DNA from: Erysipelothrix larvae
GTDB lineage: Bacteria; Bacillota_I; Bacilli_A; Erysipelotrichales; Erysipelotrichaceae
Reading direction: 5' to 3'
DNA: 32,000 bases
Assembly (NCBI RefSeq): GCF_001545095.1
Contig: NZ_CP013213.1
Coordinates: 270,001-302,000, forward strand
Part shown: one piece after another, positions 8,821 to 18,042 of the stretch
How the letters are laid out: each line of letters starts with the position of its first letter
Numbering within the stretch: position 1 is the first letter of the stretch
Translations under genes and position numbers: made by a program
Notes under the pieces: model-generated
What the model saw: the letters and a program-made list of their open reading frames with translations, nothing else
The model's database searches: none
Told to the model about the DNA's origin: nothing

Positions 8821-9868
8821 AATGTGCCCTTTGGTTAAAGAACTCAAAACAAGGGAAAAATTAGAAACAGTTGTTTGCGTAACCGGACAACATAGAGAAA
8901 TGCTCGATCAAGTGTTAAATGCCTTCAATGTGGTCCCTGATTATGATTTATCTATTATGAAGGTTAGTCAATCACTATATGATGTAACAATCAGTATTTT
9001 AGAGAAAATGAAGCATGTTTTGGAAGAAGTAAAACCTGATATAGTCTTGGTACATGGTGATACTTCCACAACCTTTGTAACAGCCTTAGCTTGCTTTTAT
9101 TTGCAAATCTCAGTAGGGCATGTCGAAGCTGGATTGAGAACCTATGATATTTATTCGCCTTATCCTGAAGAGTTCAATAGGCAAGCAGTAGGCATTATAT
9201 CCAATTTGAATTTTACTCCGACAGAAACAACGAAAAAAAATCTACTTAAAGAGGGCAAGAATCCAAAAGCAATATATGTTACAGGTAATACCGCAATCGA
9301 TGCACTCAGAACAACAGTACGAGAGAGTTATTGGCATGAACATTTAGAGTGGGCGAATGATAGTAGGCTCATTATGATAACTGCTCATCGAAGGGAAAAT
9401 ATTGGGGAACCCATGCAAAATATGTTTAGAGCCGTAAGAAGAATTATCGATGAAACACCGGATATAAAAGTTATCTACCCAATTCACATGAATCCTATCA
9501 TAAGAGAGGCCGCTCAAGAAATATTTTGTGATACAGACAGAATAAGAATAATTGAACCCCTTGATGTATTGGATTTTCATAATTTCCTATCGAGATCTTA
9601 CCTCATATTAACTGATAGTGGTGGAATTCAAGAGGAAGCACCAAGTTTAGGGAAACCAGTACTTGTGATGAGGGAAACTACCGAAAGACCAGAAGGTATT
9701 GATGCGGGAACACTGAAGTTGGTAGGCACAGAAGAAGAAGCAATCTATAGTAGCTTTAAGAGTCTTCTTGAAGATGTAGAAGCGTATAACAAGATGAGTA
9801 GAGCAAGTAATCCATATGGAGATGGTTTTGCAAGTAAGAAAATCGTTGATATTCTAGAAAATCTTTAA
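8816..9868 (+). pseudogene. wecB: 3' portion (about 350 codons) of UDP-N-acetylglucosamine 2-epimerase
   Basis: The frame resumes as (I)KMCPLVKELKTREKLETVVCVTGQHREMLDQVL...HVEAGLRT...DSGGIQEE, all WecB/MnaA hallmarks. The track ORF starting at 8687 (TTG inside the IS) is a junction read-through. Confidence 0.9.
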
Positions 9869-10179
9869 GGTTTATGAATTCGAATCAAATACAGACTAAA
9901 AGTATCATTGCTAATGTAGAGAAACGTACATTGCAACAAAAATGATAGTAAACGATTCGTTAATTAATAGACTCATCATAGGAGTATCAACGCATAGAGT
10001 TAAGTAAAAATACAAATATAGAAATACGATTTATACATTTATGAATCTTTAAGTGTTTAAGATTCAAGGATAGATTAGCGTGTATTTAACAACAGTTAAA
10101 TAAAGACACTAGAAGATTAGAAGGCTTACTAAAGGGAATAATTTGCCTGAAAAAGAGTAAGTATTTAGGAGACGATGAT

Positions 10180-11382
10180 ATGAGTGATGAATGTATTGCA
10201 AAAAAGAACACATTAGAAAAAAAGAAAACTAAGGTTCTATTCATGGCAGTATCAAAAAATACCATGTCGGGTGGACAAACAATGCTCCTTAATATCTTAA
10301 AGAATATAAATAAAGACAAGTATGAGGCCACATTACTAGTTCAAGAGGAATGTCCTTTATCATTAAACGCAATGAATGAAGGAATATATGTTCATTATGA
10401 GCCGTTTACAAAAGGCATCAAATTTGCACTTAATAATAGGAAGTTAAGGAAAATTGTGTTGCCATTGCTTCTAATCTTATCATCAAATTCATATTTAAAA
10501 GGCATAAAGCATGAAAACTATGACATTATATGGTGCGAAAATTTTACATTATTATTGTTAGCGTCGAAATATAAATTTAAAAAAACTCGAGTTGTTTCGA
10601 ATATGTGGAGTACAATAAATTCCAAATTTGCTTTAAAACTAATTTCATTCATAGCAAACTATATAATCGTTGAAGCAGATTTTCAAAGAAAGAACTTTGA
10701 ATCAATTGGAAGAGTCAATAATATCTCAACCGTATATTCACAAATTGATTCAAAGATATTCACAAATAACTACTCAAAGAAAACTGCAAAAGAGAAAATG
10801 GGGTTTACCGAGGATTCATTTACGATTGGTTTTTTAGGAGGGTGTAGGTATAGCAAAGGCTTTGATTATGTTGTTGAAGTAGCTAATGAGTTAATCAATA
10901 AAAGGAAAGTACAAAATATTATTTTTTATGTAGCAGGAAAAACTGAAACTGATGATCTTCTACTGGATGCCAAAGTAAACGATGATATTAATCACTTAGG
11001 TGACAAATTAAGGATTGAAGATTGGATAAGTGATAAAGAGCTCTTTTACAAAAGTTTAAATCTATTTATATCAGCATCAAGAAGTGAAGGACTCCCTGGA
11101 TCGTTAAGAGAAGCAATGGGATTTGAAATACCAGTAATCGCAACTGATGCTGGTGGTTCTAAAGAAGTGGTTGGAGATATGGAGTACATTGTTCACTTTT
11201 CAGACAAAGAAAAAATGACGCATCAAATCGCTGACAAAATTGAAGGGTTACTAAATAATGAGCAAAAATATCTTAGTGCTATAAAATATTCAAAAGAAAG
11301 AGTGCAGGAACTATTTGTTGGTACAAAGTGGATTAATACGATTGAAAGTATTTTTGATGAACTTATTATCGTTAATAAATAA
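10180..11382 (+). CDS. Glycosyltransferase family 4 (GT-B, EX7E type)
   Basis: RBS AGGAGA 7 nt upstream. N-terminal KVLFMAVSKNTMSGGQ and C-terminal RSEGLPGSLREAMGFEIPVIATDAGG. Confidence 0.85.
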   Translation: MSDECIAKKNTLEKKKTKVLFMAVSKNTMSGGQTMLLNILKNINKDKYEATLLVQEECPLSLNAMNEGIYVHYEPFTKGIKFALNNRKLRKIVLPLLLILSSNSYLKGIKHENYDIIWCENFTLLLLASKYKFKKTRVVSNMWSTINSKFALKLISFIANYIIVEADFQRKNFESIGRVNNISTVYSQIDSKIFTNNYSKKTAKEKMGFTEDSFTIGFLGGCRYSKGFDYVVEVANELINKRKVQNIIFYVAGKTETDDLLLDAKVNDDINHLGDKLRIEDWISDKELFYKSLNLFISASRSEGLPGSLREAMGFEIPVIATDAGGSKEVVGDMEYIVHFSDKEKMTHQIADKIEGLLNNEQKYLSAIKYSKERVQELFVGTKWINTIESIFDELIIVNK

Positions 11383-11602
11383 CATGTGTTAGTGAGATGG
11401 AGAATGTTTTGGAATGCATGAATAAACTCTGATATATCTGATGATAATAAAATAATCCTCAAGACAATGCATACATAGTCAAATTGATGCACTTTGGATT
11501 GTTCATATCACTAAAATAAATCAAGTTTAGAGCCGAGCAGTTGATTACACGTGTACTAGAAAAATAAATATGCTGATGGTACAGAAAGGAGGATCGAATT
11601 GT

Positions 11603-12808
11603 ATGAAAAAAGAGGAAATGAGAAGTTCAGATAATGCAAGTGTGAGTATCAATAAATTATTAATATTTGTCATCTATACTTTCCCTTTTATTACTTTATT
11701 TAATGTAGGTCGGATTACGATACAAGTTGAGACTATTGTATTTATTATAATTTTCCTAAATGTTGTAAAGGACTTGTTGATGAGAAAGTTGTATGTGAAT
11801 ACAACTCCGTTAAGAAATAAATTAGCACTAATGGCTATTTACACCATTGTTATTTTATCGATAATTAGTTTCTTTTATACATCTAAGTATATTACTTCCC
11901 AAATTAAAGATATCACATATTGGTTGCTTAGTTTGACACCGCTGGTTTTTATTGACAAAGGAAGACCACAGCTCGAAGAGTATATTTCCACTATCATGAT
12001 ATCATCATCAATTGGAGTCGCTATTCTATTATATTTAAGAACTGGTATTAGAGGATCTGGATTTATTAGTAGCGCAAACCTAGCAGGGTCACTTTTTGTA
12101 TTAGCATTTGTAATTGGTTTGGGTCACTTTTTTGAAACAAAAGAAAAGTTATTTGTGGTTTATATGGGTGTTAATCTAGTTGGGATTATTGCAACAGGTT
12201 CTAGGGAGGCATTGATGACCCTATTGATTTCAATCGTCTCATTTCTATTAATTTCCGTTCTGTTTTCGCCCAAGAAATTTTTAAAATGGGTTAGTTATAT
12301 CAGTATTATGAGTTTTATTGGTGTGTATATTTTACAAAAGCATTTCTATGAAGTGTTGAATCGGTATTTAGTAACTATTGAAAATTTGTCTTCTAGAGAT
12401 GCAGGAAATGTGAATTTTGCATTTGCTAATAGGTTAACTATATGGAAAGAGTTACTTGGTTGGAGCACTCAACATCCTTTTACACCTCTTGGATTTCAAG
12501 GGTTGAGAGCAATGGATTTCTATGGACATTATTCACATAATATGTTTTTACAAGCCCTTATTATCGGAGGGTTACTTGGGTTGATAGCATTTATTATTTT
12601 CTTAATCAAAATATTTATAGATAGCAAAATAATCATGAAAAATAGTAAATCACCAATAGCAATTTCGTTCTTTTCCTTGTTAATTGCTTATTTAGTCACT
12701 GGTCTCGTTTCGGATCATTTCTTAAATTTTTTCACATGGAACTATGTCTATTTTTTACTGTTTAGAGAAATAGAAAAAGAATATAAATACATTTCGAGAA
12801 TTGATTAG
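11603..12808 (+). CDS. Wzy-type repeat-unit polymerase (O-antigen ligase/polymerase family membrane protein)
   Basis: ATG 11603 follows AAAGGAGG. About 10 hydrophobic helices. Wzy_C-like region GSREALMTLLI ... HYSHNMFLQALIIGGLLGL. Confidence 0.8.
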   Translation: MKKEEMRSSDNASVSINKLLIFVIYTFPFITLFNVGRITIQVETIVFIIIFLNVVKDLLMRKLYVNTTPLRNKLALMAIYTIVILSIISFFYTSKYITSQIKDITYWLLSLTPLVFIDKGRPQLEEYISTIMISSSIGVAILLYLRTGIRGSGFISSANLAGSLFVLAFVIGLGHFFETKEKLFVVYMGVNLVGIIATGSREALMTLLISIVSFLLISVLFSPKKFLKWVSYISIMSFIGVYILQKHFYEVLNRYLVTIENLSSRDAGNVNFAFANRLTIWKELLGWSTQHPFTPLGFQGLRAMDFYGHYSHNMFLQALIIGGLLGLIAFIIFLIKIFIDSKIIMKNSKSPIAISFFSLLIAYLVTGLVSDHFLNFFTWNYVYFLLFREIEKEYKYISRID

Positions 12809-12820
12809 GAGGTCTAGTTT

Positions 12821-13960
12821 ATGAAAGTAGTAATACTTGGTGTTCCAAAGAAAGTTTCCAGTGGTGTTAGAACACATGTTGAGTCATTAAAACATGGATT
12901 GAACGCATATAACGTTGAGACTAATATGATATCTTCCTATCCTGAAGGTATTTATAGGTGCATTGTTTCCTTGCCACATAAAATTCTAGGATTCATAAAT
13001 AAGGATTTAGCATTTAAGTGGAGATACATTACTAGAGAAATTTATGTGAAGAAAGCACTAAAAGAAGCTGTAGAAAATGGAAGTGACATAATTATAAACA
13101 TTGAATCCGTAGATTGGTATGGGACAGTTAAACAGTACCTAAATAACAAGAATATTACAGTTGTCTTAACTGTACATTCTATCTATTCAGAACAAATCAG
13201 AGCTAAAGGATATAGTAGCAGTTCAATTAGTAAAATTAAAGAAATTGAGATAGAAGCTTACCGAAATATCGAGAAGGTAGTCGCTGTAAGTACATTTATT
13301 GAGAAGTATATTAAGGACCAATCAAATAGAAATGATATCGCTATGATTTCTAATGGACTCATTCTTGATGACATACCGGTAAAGAAAATTGAAAAACAAC
13401 AGGACTCAATACTTAAGTGTATGTTCATAGGGAGTCTACTAAAATATAAAGGAGTCCATATAGCGCTGGAAGCTATTAGGATATTAATTGATAATGACAT
13501 TAATGTTTACTTTGATATCATTGGGGATGGGCCAGAATTTAATAATCTAAATACCATTGTTAAAGATCTTGGGATCGAAGATAATGTTAAGTTTTTGGGA
13601 GTGATTCCTCGAAATCAGGCAAATAAAAAAATGATTGAATATGATATAGCACTAGTCCCATCCATCCCATATGGGGATAATGGAGAAGAATCATTTTCTT
13701 ATTCTTGTGGAGAAGCAATGGCTGCAGGACTTGTAGTCATCGCGTCCAGTATCGGAGGCTTGACTAATATAATTCAAAATGGAGTAAATGGCTATCTAGT
13801 AAATTATGGAGATGCTAATGAGATTGCAAAAGTGATTATGGATAACTTAAGCACCATAAAAGAGGACGAAACGTTAAGGGCCAATGCAAGATCAACCATA
13901 GAGCATAGATATTCCTCAGAATCAATGGCGAAAAAATATATTGAATTATTCACAAGATAA
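12821..13960 (+). CDS. Glycosyltransferase family 4
   Basis: RBS AGGAGG. C-terminal EESFSYSCGEAMAAGLVVIASSIGGLTNIIQNGVNGYLV (EX7E region). Confidence 0.88.
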   Translation: MKVVILGVPKKVSSGVRTHVESLKHGLNAYNVETNMISSYPEGIYRCIVSLPHKILGFINKDLAFKWRYITREIYVKKALKEAVENGSDIIINIESVDWYGTVKQYLNNKNITVVLTVHSIYSEQIRAKGYSSSSISKIKEIEIEAYRNIEKVVAVSTFIEKYIKDQSNRNDIAMISNGLILDDIPVKKIEKQQDSILKCMFIGSLLKYKGVHIALEAIRILIDNDINVYFDIIGDGPEFNNLNTIVKDLGIEDNVKFLGVIPRNQANKKMIEYDIALVPSIPYGDNGEESFSYSCGEAMAAGLVVIASSIGGLTNIIQNGVNGYLVNYGDANEIAKVIMDNLSTIKEDETLRANARSTIEHRYSSESMAKKYIELFTR

Positions 13961-14005
13961 TCACAATCAGACTAGCTTTGAAACATCTTAGGGGGGAACA
14001 AGATA

Positions 14006-15085
14006 ATGAACAGAAAAATATTTATATGTGGGAATTTTGGTTATCGGACGAATCAAATAGATGGTCAAACTATTAAGACGAGAGTCTTAAAAGATGAGAT
14101 TGTGAACCTGCTTGGAGAGAAAAATGTCCTATTTAGTGATACGTCGTATATAAGAAAGCAGCCAATAAAATTCTTTAAAACCATGAGAAGGAACCTAAAA
14201 GACTCTGATAATACAGTGTTTGCTTTGGGTAAAAAAGGTTTATCTATTCTATTGCCTATGTTTATAAAATGGAAAAGTAAAAAAACGGAACGAAGATTGA
14301 ATTATGTTGTAATTGGTGGTTGGTTGCCCGACCTTTTGAAAAGTTCAAAAAGACTGCTGAATTATAGTCAGGGAATAGATGGGATTTATGTTGAGACAGA
14401 GCAAATGATAAGTCGATTAAGTGGAATAGGCGTGAAAAATGCCTACTACTTACCCAATTTCCGACGATCAGGAGATCAAAATAAATGCAATGAAACAATT
14501 AACGCTCCTTTGAAAGCAGTGTTTTTCTCGAGGGTTTCAAGAGAAAAAGGCGTAGAAATTGCAGTGGAAGCAATAAGGACATTCAACAACAATAACGAAA
14601 CTCCTATTATTTTAGATATTTATGGGCCGATTCAAAAAGGATATGAAAATGATTTTACTAACGTCATACAAGATAATGTTGGTAATAATATCGCCTACAA
14701 AGGGGTTTTAACACAAAACGAGATTACAGAAACGCTATCAAAATATGATTTCATGGTGTTTCCTACTTATTATGAAGGAGAGGGTTTTCCAGGAGCTGCA
14801 ATTGATGCTTTTATTGCAAGCTTACCTGTTCTTGCTTCACGATGGAAGTATAACGAAGAAGTTATAACCGACCAAGTAACGGGGTTATTATTTGAACCAA
14901 ACAATACACAGGACTTGATATCTAAACTTTCAGTGATTGCAAATAGGAATGATTTACTGTTAAACATGAAAATTAACGCTTTCTTAGCATCAGAAAAATA
15001 TGATACTAAAACAGTCATACCAAAATTCTTGGAGCATATTGGAATTTATGATGACAAAACATGTAAAACAAAAGGATCGTTATGA
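14006..15085 (+). CDS. Glycosyltransferase (GT-B fold, GT1/GT4-like)
   Basis: RBS GGGGGGA. C-terminal YYEGEGFPGAAIDAFIASLPVLASRWKYNEEVITDQVTGLLFE. The N-terminal half is less typical. Confidence 0.75.
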   Translation: MNRKIFICGNFGYRTNQIDGQTIKTRVLKDEIVNLLGEKNVLFSDTSYIRKQPIKFFKTMRRNLKDSDNTVFALGKKGLSILLPMFIKWKSKKTERRLNYVVIGGWLPDLLKSSKRLLNYSQGIDGIYVETEQMISRLSGIGVKNAYYLPNFRRSGDQNKCNETINAPLKAVFFSRVSREKGVEIAVEAIRTFNNNNETPIILDIYGPIQKGYENDFTNVIQDNVGNNIAYKGVLTQNEITETLSKYDFMVFPTYYEGEGFPGAAIDAFIASLPVLASRWKYNEEVITDQVTGLLFEPNNTQDLISKLSVIANRNDLLLNMKINAFLASEKYDTKTVIPKFLEHIGIYDDKTCKTKGSL

Positions 15086-15799
15086 ATGGGAACTAGAAAC
15101 AATACATGTATTTTAATTGAATTTAACGGATTGCCTGGATGTGGTAAAACTACCATTGTAAATGAATTAGAAAACTTAATGGAAAAGGAAGGTGTTCATT
15201 TCCTGAATTTGAAGGATGTTTATTTTTATAAAGAAAAGCATAGAATAAGCAAAATAATAACGGTAACGTTTGCGGCATTTTCTAGAAAACAGAGAACTCA
15301 AAATATTAAGATTATGAAGTATTTGTTTTTGTTCGATGTTAGTAAAGAGCGAGTACTGTATGCTTTGAGATTAATAAAGCTGCTGTATCAAGTCAGAAGA
15401 GTGAAGGATAAAGGATGTGGGGAGGTCATGATACTAGAAGAAGGTATATTACAATATACTGCTTCTATTTCTCATGTAGACACTATTAATAATCAAAACC
15501 TGCTATCTAGTCTGATTGAGAGTATGATAGGCTATGTTGACTCAATAATTTGTGTGAACTGCAATTTAGATTACAGTGATATTGTAAAAAGAATTAGACA
15601 ACGTAATGACCTCCAACGTCGTTTTGATTCTATGGATGATGACCAACTAATTGAAGGCTTGGTGCAAAATATGAAGTGTTTCAATATTATGAGAAGATCA
15701 TATCAAAAGATTGGTGAGTCAATTGATATAGATACCATTGGTTCACCAATAGAAAATTCTCGAAAGATACAGGAAAAGTACAAATCATATACAGATTAA
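15086..15799 (+). CDS. Orphan P-loop NTPase, NMP-kinase/dNK-like fold; function unknown
   Basis: ATG abuts the TGA of the preceding glycosyltransferase gene (TGAATG). Walker A FNGLPGCGKTT, acidic hhhhEE segment VMILEEG, Arg-rich lid-like RIRQRNDLQRRFD. I recognise no other domain. Confidence 0.6.
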   Translation: MGTRNNTCILIEFNGLPGCGKTTIVNELENLMEKEGVHFLNLKDVYFYKEKHRISKIITVTFAAFSRKQRTQNIKIMKYLFLFDVSKERVLYALRLIKLLYQVRRVKDKGCGEVMILEEGILQYTASISHVDTINNQNLLSSLIESMIGYVDSIICVNCNLDYSDIVKRIRQRNDLQRRFDSMDDDQLIEGLVQNMKCFNIMRRSYQKIGESIDIDTIGSPIENSRKIQEKYKSYTD

Positions 15800-15911
15800 A
15801 AACGTGTTTAATTAAAATGTCTTGAATGTAGTGCTTACAAATTTAAATATTGTTTGGATATATACTCTGTTAAATTAACGTTTGTGTCTAAAAAGAAAAT
15901 GAGGGAGCAAA

Positions 15912-17429
15912 ATGAAGAAAACTGCAATACTGATTATGTGTTTAACTATGTTATCAAAAGTGTTTGGGTTTGGAAGGGATATGGTACTTTCATTCTATTA
16001 TGGGGCTACTAGTGTTAGTGATGCTTACTTAATATCTATGACTATTCCTTCAGTAATTTTCTCTTTTGTTGGTGCTGGTATTAGTACTGGATATATTCCA
16101 ATGTATAGTAAAATTAAAAATGATGAAGGGGAAGAAAATGCACATATATTTACTAGTAACTTAGTTAATATATTACTGGTAATGTGTATTGGCGTTACAA
16201 TTCTTGGAATGATATTTACTTCAAATCTTGTAAGCATGTTTGCATCTGGATTTGAGGGTGAAACGCTTGATTTGGCAATTAAATTTACTAGAATTAGCTT
16301 AATAGGAATCAATATCACAGCGATTCTTTATGTTTTTACTCCTTTTCTACAACTAAACGGAAATTATGCAATTCCAGCATTAATTGGCTTCCCACTAAAT
16401 TTAATCACTGTTATCTTTATAGTTATCAGCGGAAAAACTAATGTTTTGTTATTAGCGGTTGGTACTTTGATTGCGACAATATCTCAATTAGGCTTGCTTA
16501 TTCCATTTATTAAAAAGAAAAAATACAAACATTCTTTGTCTTTGAATCTCAAAGATAAACACATAAAGATGATGCTCCTGATTTCTATACCAATAATATT
16601 AGGAACTTCAGTTAATGATCTCAATGTTTTAATAGACCGGACGATTGCTTCATCATTAGAAGTCGGAAGCATATCAGCATTAAACTATGCTGGCAAATTA
16701 AACGGATTTGTTCGAGGAATATTTGTAGTTTCTATAACAACCGTTTTATACCCAACTATTTCAAAGATGGCAGCTGAAGGGAATATGGTTGGTCTTAAGA
16801 AAAATGTCTCACAGTCTATTGTAGGGATTAGTCTTCTAGTAATTCCTGTATCTGTTGGTGCAATGATATTTGCAGAACCGATAGTATCTCTTCTTTTTGG
16901 CAGAGGTGCATTTGATGATAATGCAGTCAAAATGACTTCAACTGCTTTGTTCTATTATTCCGTCGGTATGTTATGGACTGGCTTACGAGACGTTCTATCG
17001 AAGGCGTTTTATTCGATTCAGGATACAAAAACTCCAGTTATCAATGCAACGATAGGCGTTGTAGTCAATATTATTTTACTTTTGAGCTTGACTCGTTACT
17101 TAGGCATAGGTGGTCTTGCTCTTGCAACAAGTTTGTCGTCGCTAGTAACAACGATATTGCTATACATTAGTTTGAGGAAAAAGATAGGCTCTCTAGATAC
17201 TATGAGTACATTTAAGTCCCTAGTTAAAATAGCGTTTGCATCATTAGGTATGGCTGTGATTTCATTACTGCTTTACAAGAGATTATCTACTTCAATCAGT
17301 TCAAGTATGTCTCTGATTAGCGTCATTATCGTTGGGGCCGTCATATATTCTATTTTAATAATTATTTTGAAAATAGATGGTGTTGCTAATATTGTACATA
17401 GCTTAAGGAAAAAGATTAAATTACGTTAA
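15912..17429 (+). CDS. murJ: MurJ/MviN-family MOP flippase
   Basis: RBS GAGGGAG. N-terminus MLSKVFGFGRDMVLSFYYGATSVSDAYLISMTIPSVIF aligns with the MurJ signature (SRVLGFARD...DAF...P). About 14 hydrophobic helices, 505 aa. Confidence 0.85.
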   Translation: MKKTAILIMCLTMLSKVFGFGRDMVLSFYYGATSVSDAYLISMTIPSVIFSFVGAGISTGYIPMYSKIKNDEGEENAHIFTSNLVNILLVMCIGVTILGMIFTSNLVSMFASGFEGETLDLAIKFTRISLIGINITAILYVFTPFLQLNGNYAIPALIGFPLNLITVIFIVISGKTNVLLLAVGTLIATISQLGLLIPFIKKKKYKHSLSLNLKDKHIKMMLLISIPIILGTSVNDLNVLIDRTIASSLEVGSISALNYAGKLNGFVRGIFVVSITTVLYPTISKMAAEGNMVGLKKNVSQSIVGISLLVIPVSVGAMIFAEPIVSLLFGRGAFDDNAVKMTSTALFYYSVGMLWTGLRDVLSKAFYSIQDTKTPVINATIGVVVNIILLLSLTRYLGIGGLALATSLSSLVTTILLYISLRKKIGSLDTMSTFKSLVKIAFASLGMAVISLLLYKRLSTSISSSMSLISVIIVGAVIYSILIIILKIDGVANIVHSLRKKIKLR

Positions 17430-17820
17430 AGAAAGTGATTAGGGGCTATCATTTAAATCAAAATTACATAGTTCTAAGGGAGATGCATAAATATTGAGAA
17501 CTTAACAATCTTGATATTTAGGATGTATCACATCATGAGGAACTAGAGTAATTCTTACATTCCTATATTAGGTGAAATAATTTTTCTCATGTCTCTTAGC
17601 GAATTTTATGGTAAGTCGCTATATTAGTCAATTATACTTATCTTTCTCCTTTTCAGCATCCATTGTTGTATGGGTTGTTTTGTGTAGCACAGCTTTTTCA
17701 TAATAGTTTAATCCGAAAAATAATTGACAACATATACAAGAAGATAATAGAAAGGGATACTACAGCAGCAGCTCATTTGCATAAAATAAACAAGAGAGAA
17801 TCGCTGCATTTACTATAATA

Positions 17821-17848
17821 AAAAACCTCATTGATACTCAATGAGGTT
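17821..17848 (-). terminator. Intrinsic terminator of the tRNA operon
   Basis: 11-bp stem AACCTCATTGA/TCAATGAGGTT (17824-17834 / 17838-17848) with a 3-nt loop. On the minus strand it is followed by TTTTATTAT. Confidence 0.8.
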
Positions 17849-17860
17849 GATTAATATTAA

Positions 17861-17936
17861 TGGTGACCTGTACGGGATTCGAACCCGTGAATGCATGCGT
17901 GAAAGGCATGTGTGTTGACCGCTTCACCAACAGGCC
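17861..17936 (-). tRNA. tRNA-Glu (anticodon UUC), CCA encoded
   Basis: The reverse complement folds as a cloverleaf: acceptor GGCCTGT/ACAGGTC (one G-U pair), anticodon stem CATGC/GCATG with loop CTTTCAC, T arm ACGGG-TTCGAAT-CCCGT, 3' CCA. Confidence 0.95.
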
Positions 17937-17954
17937 GAAGGTGAAATAATAAAA

Positions 17955-18030
<76 letters not shown>

Positions 18031-18042
18031 AATTGCTAGTTA

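Noticed and set aside
9233-9240. Homopolymeric A runs in capsule genes as slipped-strand phase-variation switches (A8 at 9233-9240, A7 at 10217-10223, and similar runs in the 12821 and 14006 glycosyltransferase genes)
   Set aside because: Runs of 7-8 A are expected from Lys codons in such AT-rich genes. They are short for efficient slippage, and all frames are currently open. No evidence beyond their presence.
8687-9868. 393-aa track ORF taken as an intact gene
   Set aside because: Its first 45 codons are antisense IS21 end sequence. Only residues from KMCPLV onward are WecB. It is a junction artefact of the insertion and is reported as a pseudogene fragment.
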